A program made the position numbers and the translations under genes. Below the pieces are notes generated by a model. It saw nothing but the letters and a program-made list of their open reading frames with translations. It was not told the origin of the DNA and ran no database searches. A DNA stretch of 64,000 nt from Clostridia bacterium. GTDB taxonomy: Bacteria > Bacillota > Clostridia > Oscillospirales > CAG-272. Positions 31,158 through 39,508 of this stretch are shown piece by piece. Numbering within the stretch: position 1 is the stretch's first letter; each line of letters begins with the position of its first letter. The stretch lies in assembly GCA_017452475.1 (NCBI GenBank), contig JAFTMJ010000053.1:1512-65511 (forward strand), read 5' to 3'.

Positions 31158-31371
31158 TTCCTTTCTCCTTTTTAAGTATTTCGGTAACTCGCCTTATATC
31201 ATCATCGCTTAGGCTTGAAAGGCAGGAACGGATTTTTGACATATCCTGTGGCTTTTCTATGGTTGAAAAAGAGGTTATACCGGATTTTGCCCCCACCCCT
31301 TGTATGATTTTCCATAGCTGGTCATCGTTTAGCTTTAGTACAAAATCAATAGTTTTTTTATCAATTTTCAT
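31150..31371 (-). CDS. hypothetical small protein
   Basis: ORF preceded by a GGAGGTG SD; first gene of the cluster. Confidence 0.45.
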   Translation of the reverse strand: MKIDKKTIDFVLKLNDDQLWKIIQGVGAKSGITSFSTIEKPQDMSKIRSCLSSLSDDDIRRVTEILKKEKGNG

Positions 31372-31443
31372 AAGCAGTCACCTCCGTTTTGCTATTTTTA
31401 TAGTATGCGGATTACGGCAGACTGTCACAAAGAAAGGGAAAAT

Positions 31444-31926
31444 ATGAAGCTTCTTGTTTTTTCGGACTCACACTCAAATTCATATAAAATTAAAGAAGCA
31501 ATAGAGCTTCATTGCGGCAGATGTGACGCTATCATTTTTTTGGGCGACGGATTTAGGGATATCTGCTTGGTTAAGGAACAATATCCGCACATTCCTTTTT
31601 ACATCGTCAAGGGCAATTGCGACTTCTTGGGGTGCGATGCGCAGGACGAGCTGCTTCTATCTCTTGACGGCGTTAACTTATTTATCACCCACGGTCACAA
31701 ATACGGCGCAAAGGGTGGCTACGGCAACCTAATTTACCGCGCAAGAGAGTTAGAGGCGGATGCGGTTCTTTTCGGTCACACCCATATGCCAATTGATGAT
31801 GTGGTGCAAATAGGCGAAAAAAACATAAGGATTTTTAACCCGGGCTCGATCGGCTACGGTGGTAGCTTCGGCGTTATAAATACCAGCGGTAAGGTTTTAA
31901 TTACAAGCCACGGAAAATTGCAATAA
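31444..31926 (+). CDS. YfcE/MJ0936-family metallophosphoesterase
   Basis: MKLLVFSDSH, GDG, GNCD, THGH, GHTH motifs in canonical order. The MKLLVF start is preferred over the upstream extension. Confidence 0.85.
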   Translation: MKLLVFSDSHSNSYKIKEAIELHCGRCDAIIFLGDGFRDICLVKEQYPHIPFYIVKGNCDFLGCDAQDELLLSLDGVNLFITHGHKYGAKGGYGNLIYRARELEADAVLFGHTHMPIDDVVQIGEKNIRIFNPGSIGYGGSFGVINTSGKVLITSHGKLQ

Positions 31927-32016
31927 ATGTGGCTTAAATACTTGTAAAACATAGAAATATATGGTATACTTACCTTGTATGATAAATTAAAAATTATTTG
32001 CTCGGAGGAATTCACT

Positions 32017-33105
32017 ATGGCAAACAAAGTAAGAATTGGTATCATCGGTTGCGGTGGTATCGCAAACGGTAAGCACATGCCTTCACTTAAGAAGGTTGCA
32101 GAGGCTGAAATGGTTGCATTCTGCGACATTATTGAGGAAAGGGCTGTTGAGGCTGCAAAGAAGTACGGTGTTGAGGGTGCAAAGACCTACACTGATTACA
32201 AGGAGCTTTTGAAGGATGAGAGCATCGATGTTGTTCACGTATGCACACCTAACAGAAGCCATAGCTTCATTACTGTTGACGCATTAGAGGCAGGCAAGCA
32301 CGTTATGTGTGAAAAGCCAATGGCTATCAATGCTGAAGAGGCAAAGAAAATGGTTGATGCGGCAAAGAGAACAGGAAAGATGCTTACAATCGGTTACCAG
32401 AACAGACAGAGAAAGGATGCTATTTACCTTAAGAAGGAAGCAGATGACGGTGTTTTCGGCGATATCTACTATGCAAAGGCAACAGCTCTCCGTCGTAGAG
32501 CAGTTCCTACATGGGGTGTATTTATAAATGAATATGAGCAGGGTGGCGGTCCACTTATCGACATCGGTACACACGCCCTCGACCTAACACTTTGGACAAT
32601 GGATAACTACAAGCCAAAGTACTGCGTTGGTACTACATATCACAAGCTCAACGATCAAAAGGAGTCCGCTAACGTATTCGGTCAGTGGAAGCCTGAGGAG
32701 TTTACCGTTGAGGACAGCGCATTCGGCTTTATCGTTATGGAAAACGGCGCTACAATCGTTCTTGAATCCTCTTGGGCTATCAATATGACAGAAACCAAGG
32801 AGGCTTGCACAACCATTTGCGGTACAAAGGCAGGCGCTAAGATGGTTGACCAGGGCGTTCTCGAAATTAACGGCGTTAAGCACAACCAAATGTATGAAAC
32901 AAGACCTAACCTTGACGGTAAGGGTGTTGCTTTCTATGATGCAGGCAGCTACGATGCAGGCGCACAGGAGGCTAAGCAGTGGATTGAGGCTGTTATTAAC
33001 GGCACACAGCCAACAGTTTTGCCTGAGCAGGCATATTGCGTAACCCAAATTCTTGAGGGTATTTACGAGTCTGCAAAGACAGGCAAGCCATACTACTTTA
33101 ACTAA
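32017..33105 (+). CDS. Gfo/Idh/MocA family NAD(P)-dependent oxidoreductase
   Basis: VRIGIIGCGGIANGKH Rossmann N-terminus and EKP motif (VMCEKPMA). Start MANKVRIG follows a GGAGG SD. Confidence 0.9.
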   Translation: MANKVRIGIIGCGGIANGKHMPSLKKVAEAEMVAFCDIIEERAVEAAKKYGVEGAKTYTDYKELLKDESIDVVHVCTPNRSHSFITVDALEAGKHVMCEKPMAINAEEAKKMVDAAKRTGKMLTIGYQNRQRKDAIYLKKEADDGVFGDIYYAKATALRRRAVPTWGVFINEYEQGGGPLIDIGTHALDLTLWTMDNYKPKYCVGTTYHKLNDQKESANVFGQWKPEEFTVEDSAFGFIVMENGATIVLESSWAINMTETKEACTTICGTKAGAKMVDQGVLEINGVKHNQMYETRPNLDGKGVAFYDAGSYDAGAQEAKQWIEAVINGTQPTVLPEQAYCVTQILEGIYESAKTGKPYYFN

Positions 33106-33158
33106 TGTTAGATAAGGGGTGATTTTTCGCCCCTTTTCATAAAAAAGGAGATTTAACT

Positions 33159-34127
33159 ATGAAATTAAGCGTTTTAGCTAACCTTTACGGTAGCAAGCCA
33201 CTTGACGAGGCACTTAAGATTATTTCCTCTCTCGGCGTTCATTCTGTTGAAATCGGCGCAGGCGGATATCCGGGCAAGGACCACTGCGACCCCGAAAAGC
33301 TTTTGGCTGACCCTAAGGCCCTTGAGGAGTTCAAGGCTACATTTAAGAAGTACGGTGTGGAAATTTGCGCTCTTGCAACCCACGGAAATCCTGTTCATCC
33401 AAATAAGGAAATTGCGGCTCAGTTCGACAAGGATATGAGAAACACAATCCTTTTGGCTGAAAAGCTTGGTATTGATACAATCATCACATTCTCAGGCTGC
33501 CCCGGCTCCGACCCCGATGCAAAGCTCCCAAGCTGGGTTACTTGTCCATGGCCTGATGATTTCCTTGATACACTTAACTATCAGTGGAACGATGTGCTTA
33601 TTCCATATTGGAAAGAAGCAACAGTATTTGCAAAGGCTCACGGCGTTACAAAAATTGCGCTTGAGATGCACCCGGGCTTCTGCGTATACAATCCCGAAAC
33701 GCTTTTGAAGCTTCGTGCGGCTGTTGGCGATGTTATCGGCGCTAACCTTGACCCATCCCACTTGATTTGGCAGGGCATTAACCCTGTAATGGCGATAAGA
33801 GCTCTTGAGGGCGCGATTTATCACGTACACGCAAAGGATACTAAGGTTGATGCTGCTAACACAGCGGTTAACGGCGTTCTTGACACAAAGCACTATGGTG
33901 ATGAAATTCACCGTTCTTGGATCTTCCGTACAGTTGGCTACGGCAACAACGAGGAGTTTTGGAGGGCATTTGTTTCCAACCTTCGTCTTGTTGGCTACGA
34001 CAAGGTTCTTTCAATTGAGCACGAGGATAGCTTAATGACAATTGACGAGGGACTTCAAAAGGCAGTTGAATTCCTTGATAAGTTAATGATTAAGGAAGCA
34101 AAGCCAACAGGTATGCGTTGGGCATAA
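33159..34127 (+). CDS. sugar phosphate isomerase/epimerase (xylose isomerase-like TIM barrel)
   Basis: AP_endonuc_2-like pattern (VEIGAGGYPG, IALEMHPG, HVHAKD, SIEHED), adjacent to the Gfo/Idh/MocA gene. Confidence 0.85.
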   Translation: MKLSVLANLYGSKPLDEALKIISSLGVHSVEIGAGGYPGKDHCDPEKLLADPKALEEFKATFKKYGVEICALATHGNPVHPNKEIAAQFDKDMRNTILLAEKLGIDTIITFSGCPGSDPDAKLPSWVTCPWPDDFLDTLNYQWNDVLIPYWKEATVFAKAHGVTKIALEMHPGFCVYNPETLLKLRAAVGDVIGANLDPSHLIWQGINPVMAIRALEGAIYHVHAKDTKVDAANTAVNGVLDTKHYGDEIHRSWIFRTVGYGNNEEFWRAFVSNLRLVGYDKVLSIEHEDSLMTIDEGLQKAVEFLDKLMIKEAKPTGMRWA

Positions 34128-34156
34128 ATCTTTGACCCTGTGTTTATAATTTAAGT

Positions 34157-34194
34157 GAAAAAGCAGATTTTCATCGATGAAAATCTGCTTTTTT
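34157..34194. terminator. bidirectional intrinsic terminator
   Basis: AAAAAGCAGATTTTCATCGATGAAAATCTGCTTTTTT, perfect palindromic stem. Confidence 0.75.
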
Positions 34195-34197
34195 ATA

Positions 34198-34857
34198 TTA
34201 GTTTTCCTTATTTTGATCCTCGGGCTTAACCTGTGGGGTTGGGAGCTTAATGTGGTCCTTTGGGTCAACTTGCTTGTCATTAACCTTCAATTCAAGGTGC
34301 AGGTGTGGGTCCTGGGAAATTTCGTTCATTGCACTTTCACCGACTGCGCCAATAACATCACCTTGGGACACCGAAGCACCAATAACAATGCCTTCCTTAA
34401 CCACAGGGTCAAGGTTTTTGTAGTAGCTTATGGCGTTTCCCGTATGCTCAATAGAGATGCATGTGCCCATAAACGGGTCGTTCCAAATGTTCTTAATCAC
34501 ACCGTCAGCCACCGCCATTACCTCCTGCCCTAACTCACAGCTTAGGTCAATGCCCATATGGGTGCGGTAGTCACCCATTGTTTGTGAAAAGACGAGGACA
34601 GTGTCGCTAAAGTCCACGTCAAGCTGGCAGCTTTCAATTGGCAAAGCAAAGCTCGGTAGCTTATTTTTGTCCTCTAAGCCTGTGCTTTGGTCGCCGCTAT
34701 CCTCGGTTATTACCGAACCGCTTCCGCCGCCTGTTATCCCTGAGGGCACATTTCTTCTCGCCACGGTAATTGCAATAACAATAATTGCCACAACAGTTAA
34801 AACAACCGCAAGGGTCAAATAAAATATTCGTGAATTTTTCTTATCGTTTTCTTCCAT
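34198..34857 (-). CDS. M23-family metallopeptidase with N-terminal membrane anchor
   Basis: Start MEENDKKNSRIFYLTLAVVLTVVAIIVIAI (TM helix). M23 motifs HMGIDL and HLHLELKV. The 5' extension to 35325 overlaps the divergent gene and is rejected. Confidence 0.85.
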   Translation of the reverse strand: MEENDKKNSRIFYLTLAVVLTVVAIIVIAITVARRNVPSGITGGGSGSVITEDSGDQSTGLEDKNKLPSFALPIESCQLDVDFSDTVLVFSQTMGDYRTHMGIDLSCELGQEVMAVADGVIKNIWNDPFMGTCISIEHTGNAISYYKNLDPVVKEGIVIGASVSQGDVIGAVGESAMNEISQDPHLHLELKVNDKQVDPKDHIKLPTPQVKPEDQNKEN

Positions 34858-35022
34858 TTCAAAAATCCTTTCAAAAGTAATTGCAAGGCTATTATTTGCC
34901 TTAGAAACGATAATTATACATAGCATAAGGAAAATTCCTTCTATGTTAAAATTAGTTCTGTTGACAATGGTCTTTAAATATGATATTATATTATTAACAA
35001 CGAAAAACCTTTGGAGGGTATT

Positions 35023-35646
35023 ATGATTAAAATTGAAAGATGCAGCGTTATGAACCTTGAAAATGCTATTCGCGGTGCAAGAAACCCACTTAATTCTTGG
35101 GCAAAGAGTGATAGCTATTATGATGAAAATGGCAATTATATCCTTGGTGAAAATGACCTTGGCTTGGCGAAGAAGCTTGCAAAGGCGGGCTCCGACCACA
35201 GGAAATATTTGCGCCAAATTTTTGTGTCCGTTGACATTACCGCCCCGCTTTATTGGTGGAAGGAGTATGACACATATAAGGTGGCAACCGTTGCCAACTC
35301 CACCTCCACAATGCACAAAATTCACTCAAAGGAGTTTGAAAGGGCGGACTTTAGCTGTGACAGAATGAGTGAAAATGCGCTTAAGGTGCTTGACTCTGTA
35401 ATTGAGTACCTTGAGGAGGCAAGACTAAAGTATGTTGAGACAAAGGACAAGAGCTATTGGCACGATATGATTCAGCTCCTTCCCTCCAGCTATAACCAAA
35501 TGAGGACCTGTACCTTTAACTACGAAACTCTTATTAATATTTATTATGCAAGAAGGTCACACAAGCTTGCTGAGTGGCACGTTATGTGTGATTGGATTAT
35601 GTCCCTGCCTTACGCAAAGGACATTATTGCAGTTAAGGAAGACTAA
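35023..35646 (+). CDS. ThyX-fold homolog lacking the RHR catalytic motif (function unknown)
   Basis: Start MIKIERC follows a [24 protein letters not shown] aligns by eye with the ThyX [42 protein letters not shown] aligns with [25 protein letters not shown]. Confidence 0.55.
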   Translation: [207 protein letters not shown]

Positions 35647-36836
35647 TGCTTGAAAAATTGATAAAAGACTATAAAAACGGCGCAAATCCCCGGGTACGTG
35701 TCCGTGTTGGACGGTTTTCGGGCTTTGTTGGCATTGTTGCAAATGTAATTTTGTTTGCGGTTAAGCTCGTTGTGGGTATTCTTTTCGGTAGCATTTCCGT
35801 CATTGCCGACTCTCTTAACAATTTGTCTGACTCGGGCTCAAGCGTTTTAACCGTTGTCGGCTACACAATCTCGGGCAAGCCTGCGGATAAGGATCATCCC
35901 TATGGCCACGCAAGGATGGAGTATTTGGCAAGCCTCTTTATTGCCATTATTATCACTTTCTTGGGCTTTGAAATGCTAACAAGCTCTGTTAGCAAGCTTA
36001 CAGGTGACCCACAGGCCCAGGAGTACAGTATTGCTGCTATTGTTGTTATGGCTTCCACCGTCCTTGTTAAGATTTTGGTTGCTATAATGAACTTTAAATT
36101 GGGCAAACATATTGATTCAAAGGCGCTTAAGGCGGCGGCAATTGACAGTGTTAGTGACGTTGTTGCAACAACCGCCGTTGTTGTAGGTATGGTGCTTACC
36201 CCCTACACAGGTGCGTACACTGACGGTATTATCGGTATTGTAATTGCAGTTTATATTATGGTTATGGGTATTCGTCTTGTTGTTGAGTCATCAAACACCC
36301 TAATCGGCGAAGCACCCGACAAGGAGTTTACGCATAACATTATTGAAAAAATCAAGAGCTATGACGGTGTTCTCGGTATTCACGACTTGGTTATCCATTC
36401 CTACGGCGCAAACAGATGCTTTGCAACCGTACACGTGGAAATTGATGCGGATAGCAATATTATGCACAGCCACGACCTTATGGATAATATCGAGGCGGAC
36501 TTTTTGAAAAACGAGGGCATTAACTTAGTTATTCATATGGACCCTGTTTCCATTTCCGATACGGAAACAATGGAGCTAAAGCATAAGTGTATGGATATAG
36601 TCTCGGAGCTTTCGCAGGAGTACTCAAGCCCCGTTTCCCTCCACGATTTTCGTATTGTCAAGGGTGTTACACATACAAATGTATTGTTTGACATAAGCGT
36701 TACTAATGATATGGTTTTGTCAAACGGAGAGCTTGGCAAATTGCTTTCCCAAAAAATCAAGGAAATTAATCCCCTTTATCATCTTGTGCTTACGATTGAC
36801 AGGGATTATTATTCCGAAAGATACGGAGAAGAATAA
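35646..36836 (+). CDS. cation diffusion facilitator family transporter
   Basis: Six TM helices with SLNNLSDS and HARMEY-type metal-site motifs and a C-terminal cytoplasmic domain. ATG overlaps the upstream stop (TAATG). Confidence 0.9.
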   Translation: MLEKLIKDYKNGANPRVRVRVGRFSGFVGIVANVILFAVKLVVGILFGSISVIADSLNNLSDSGSSVLTVVGYTISGKPADKDHPYGHARMEYLASLFIAIIITFLGFEMLTSSVSKLTGDPQAQEYSIAAIVVMASTVLVKILVAIMNFKLGKHIDSKALKAAAIDSVSDVVATTAVVVGMVLTPYTGAYTDGIIGIVIAVYIMVMGIRLVVESSNTLIGEAPDKEFTHNIIEKIKSYDGVLGIHDLVIHSYGANRCFATVHVEIDADSNIMHSHDLMDNIEADFLKNEGINLVIHMDPVSISDTETMELKHKCMDIVSELSQEYSSPVSLHDFRIVKGVTHTNVLFDISVTNDMVLSNGELGKLLSQKIKEINPLYHLVLTIDRDYYSERYGEE

Positions 36837-38882
36837 ATGAAAAGAATTTATGTTTTAATCTCATTAATTTTCACTCTATTTATGTTAACCGTGGCAGTTG
36901 GCGCAGCCGATGTTGCTGTTGAGGCGGGTGACGGCAGGACCTTTGAGGCTGCGGACAACAGCTTCTGTTTGCCCTCATATGTTTCACCCAACAGAGTTAA
37001 GCTTACTCACGACGGCACAAAAGCAATTAAGTACCAAGACGCAAGCGGTCAAAGCTTTGACTTGCCAAGCGGCACGGTTTTGGACCTAACTCCTTTCAAA
37101 AACACATTGCCAAGCGGGCAGGATGCATATCCCCTTCGCTTAACGGTTAACGGTAGCTCGAAATTGGTAGTGTTCTATTTTGCAAACAACCTTCCAAGCG
37201 TTCATGTTAGCACAAGCATAGGTGTAGATACCTTGACCTCAACGAACGCAAAGGACGAGGTTTCAAAGGTTACCATAGTTAATAAGGACGGAACATATGA
37301 GTATGCCGATACTATGTTCGGCAGTGAAATTAAGGTGCGCGGCAACGCAACCACAGCATACGCAAAAAAGCCGTTCCAAATTAAGCTTGACAAAAAGGCA
37401 GACCTTTTTGGTATGGGAGAGAGCAAGACTTGGATTTTGCTTGCAAACTACGATGACCAGTCAAACATAAGAAACAGCATTATGTATAAAATCGGTGAGC
37501 TTATGGGTATGCACACCTGTGAGTTCCAAATGGTGGACTTGTATCTTGACGGTCAGTATTACGGCATATATCTCCTTTGCGAAAAGGTGAATATCAGCTC
37601 CGCCAGAATTGATATTGTCGAGCTTGAAAAGCTAAACGATAAGCTGAACCCAACATATAGCGAAACATCAATAAAGGTTACAGGCGGTATTCCGAATATA
37701 ACCGAATACACCTACATTCCGGGAATTGTGAATCCCGCTGACATAACAGGCGGATATTTAATAGAGCTTGATAATAACTATTGGCAGGATGAGCTTTGCT
37801 ATTTCATAACCTCCTACGGTAGCCACTATGTTGTAAAATCTCCCGAGTATGTGTCAAAGGAGCAAATGGAATATGTTGCAACATTTTTTGGTGAGATGGA
37901 GGAGGCAATTATGTCCTCCACAGGCTACAACAGCAAGGGTAAGCATTACAGCGAGTATGCGGAAATAGACACTCTTGTTTACGCCTACATAATGGCGGAG
38001 TTTGGCAGGAACTATGATGCAGGCTCATCAAGTATGTACTTTTACAAGGATGCTGACAAAAACGGCGCTTTTTCCAAAATAGTGAAGGGTCCTCTCTGGG
38101 ACTGCGATAACACCCTTGGTAACATTCACAAAAACGGCGCCTCCAATCCCGAGGGCTTTTGGGCACAGGGCAGGAGCATTTGGGCAGGGCTTACTCGTCA
38201 TGATGATTTTAACAGGCTTGTTACAAAGACCTTTGGTGAAATGTATGACCAAATTTTTGATATGATTGACATAGGCGGCTATGTGTACGATGTAGTTGCG
38301 GAAATAGGACAATCCATCCATATGGAGAGGTCAAGGTGGCATTCTAACGACTACTCTAAGTGGCCTGTCTACTATGACGGCACTCACTATGACAGGTGGC
38401 AATCGCAAGCGCCCATCTTCCACTTTGTAAGCGGTAATTATTCAAACGGCGTTGACAGTGATGAAACAACGGTTATAGGTTACCTTTGCGAGCATATTGA
38501 GGCAAGGGCAAATTGGCTTGCAACCGAATGGGGATGCAATGTTACATTAAGGGAGAGGAGCTTTGTTGAAAAGGAGCCGACTCCAAACCCGGGTGACACA
38601 ACAGGCAGCAGTACTACTGGCAGCAGTACTACTGACAGCAGCACTACCGATAGCAGTAGCATAGGCGGCAGCACTACCGACAGCAGTACAACAGATATCA
38701 GCACTGTCAATAGCACTAAAGACAGTACAAATTCAAGCACCACAGCATCAAGCTCCACAGTTAATTCAGGAACAAGCGGTGACAACACGGGCTTAATAAT
38801 TGTCATTATTTGCTTGGGCGTTCTTTCCCTTGTTGGAATTACCGTGGCAATTGCACTTGGCATCAAGCTTAAAAACAAATAA
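36837..38882 (+). CDS. CotH-family (spore coat protein H kinase-like) secreted protein with Ser/Thr-rich stalk and C-terminal TM anchor
   Basis: Signal peptide; CotH core (VRGNATTAYAKKPFQIKLDKKADLFGMGESKTWILLANYDDQS, DLYLDGQYYGIYLLCEKV); GSSTTGSSTTDSSTTDSS stalk; TM helix plus KLKNK tail. Confidence 0.85.
   Translation: MKRIYVLISLIFTLFMLTVAVGAADVAVEAGDGRTFEAADNSFCLPSYVSPNRVKLTHDGTKAIKYQDASGQSFDLPSGTVLDLTPFKNTLPSGQDAYPLRLTVNGSSKLVVFYFANNLPSVHVSTSIGVDTLTSTNAKDEVSKVTIVNKDGTYEYADTMFGSEIKVRGNATTAYAKKPFQIKLDKKADLFGMGESKTWILLANYDDQSNIRNSIMYKIGELMGMHTCEFQMVDLYLDGQYYGIYLLCEKVNISSARIDIVELEKLNDKLNPTYSETSIKVTGGIPNITEYTYIPGIVNPADITGGYLIELDNNYWQDELCYFITSYGSHYVVKSPEYVSKEQMEYVATFFGEMEEAIMSSTGYNSKGKHYSEYAEIDTLVYAYIMAEFGRNYDAGSSSMYFYKDADKNGAFSKIVKGPLWDCDNTLGNIHKNGASNPEGFWAQGRSIWAGLTRHDDFNRLVTKTFGEMYDQIFDMIDIGGYVYDVVAEIGQSIHMERSRWHSNDYSKWPVYYDGTHYDRWQSQAPIFHFVSGNYSNGVDSDETTVIGYLCEHIEARANWLATEWGCNVTLRERSFVEKEPTPNPGDTTGSSTTGSSTTDSSTTDSSSIGGSTTDSSTTDISTVNSTKDSTNSSTTASSSTVNSGTSGDNTGLIIVIICLGVLSLVGITVAIALGIKLKNK
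38604..38708 (+). repeat. seven tandem 15-bp coding repeats (GSSTT-like) in the CotH stalk
   Basis: GGCAGCAGTACTACT repeated, with progressively diverged copies. Confidence 0.85.
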
Positions 38883-39013
38883 AATTTAAAGGCGCGGAAT
38901 TTTCCGCGCTTTAAATTAAATTCAAATATGAACACTTGTGCATATTATAAAATAAAAATTCTGTATTAAATATTCCTTTTTGGGTAGATTATTCTTAAAA
39001 AGGAGAAATTAAT

Positions 39014-39457
39014 ATGACGGTTGTAATTTTAAACAGTGATAATTTGGAAAGAGCTATTAACCATTTCGTTGCTTATGGCTTTGATAGCTTCATTGTATTT
39101 GCAAGCAATCAAGTGGATATTGATGTGTCCTACTACAAGCTAAACGACATCAAAATAACTGTTTTGGACAGTGTTGATTTGGAGGGCGATCTTGATAAGC
39201 TTAAAAAAATAAGGGGGAGCTTGAAAAATCGCTTTTTTGCGGTGTTTTCCACTTCGATTTGTTGCTTCGATGTGGATAGGATTGTCAGTAGCCATATGAA
39301 AAGTCAGAAAACCGTAACTTTAGTTGAGGCAAGCAAAAGGCTTTGCGCTTTTTTGGCTGAGGAGGAGCTTTTTGACTATCTTTACAAAACAGAGAACAGT
39401 GAAAATGGAGTTTTTACCGCGTTAGGCGAAAATGAGGAAATAAACGCTTTTAATTAA
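39014..39457 (+). CDS. hypothetical protein (147 aa)
   Basis: ORF with an AAAAGGAG SD and its own terminator; faint resemblance to the N-terminal half of sugar nucleotidyltransferases without the G-x-G-t-R motif. Confidence 0.4.
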   Translation: MTVVILNSDNLERAINHFVAYGFDSFIVFASNQVDIDVSYYKLNDIKITVLDSVDLEGDLDKLKKIRGSLKNRFFAVFSTSICCFDVDRIVSSHMKSQKTVTLVEASKRLCAFLAEEELFDYLYKTENSENGVFTALGENEEINAFN

Positions 39458-39462
39458 CCTTA

Positions 39463-39497
39463 AAAAAGGTGTGCTAACAATGCTTAGCACACCTTTT
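39463..39497. terminator. bidirectional intrinsic terminator
   Basis: AAAAGGTGTGCTAA-CAATGC-TTAGCACACCTTTT. Confidence 0.7.
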
Positions 39498-39508
39498 ATA
39501 GTAAGGAA

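Noticed and set aside
34858-35325. 5' extension of the M23 peptidase ORF to 375 aa
   Set aside because: The extension overlaps the divergent ThyX-like gene, has no SD and reads as non-protein-like. The internal start MEENDKK gives a normal signal-anchor plus M23 architecture.
38604-38708. Short tandem DNA repeats checked as a possible CRISPR or VNTR locus
   Set aside because: The units are contiguous 15-bp (and, at 24407-24550, 24-bp) in-frame coding repeats without spacers. No CRISPR-like repeat-spacer array or cas gene occurs anywhere in the window.
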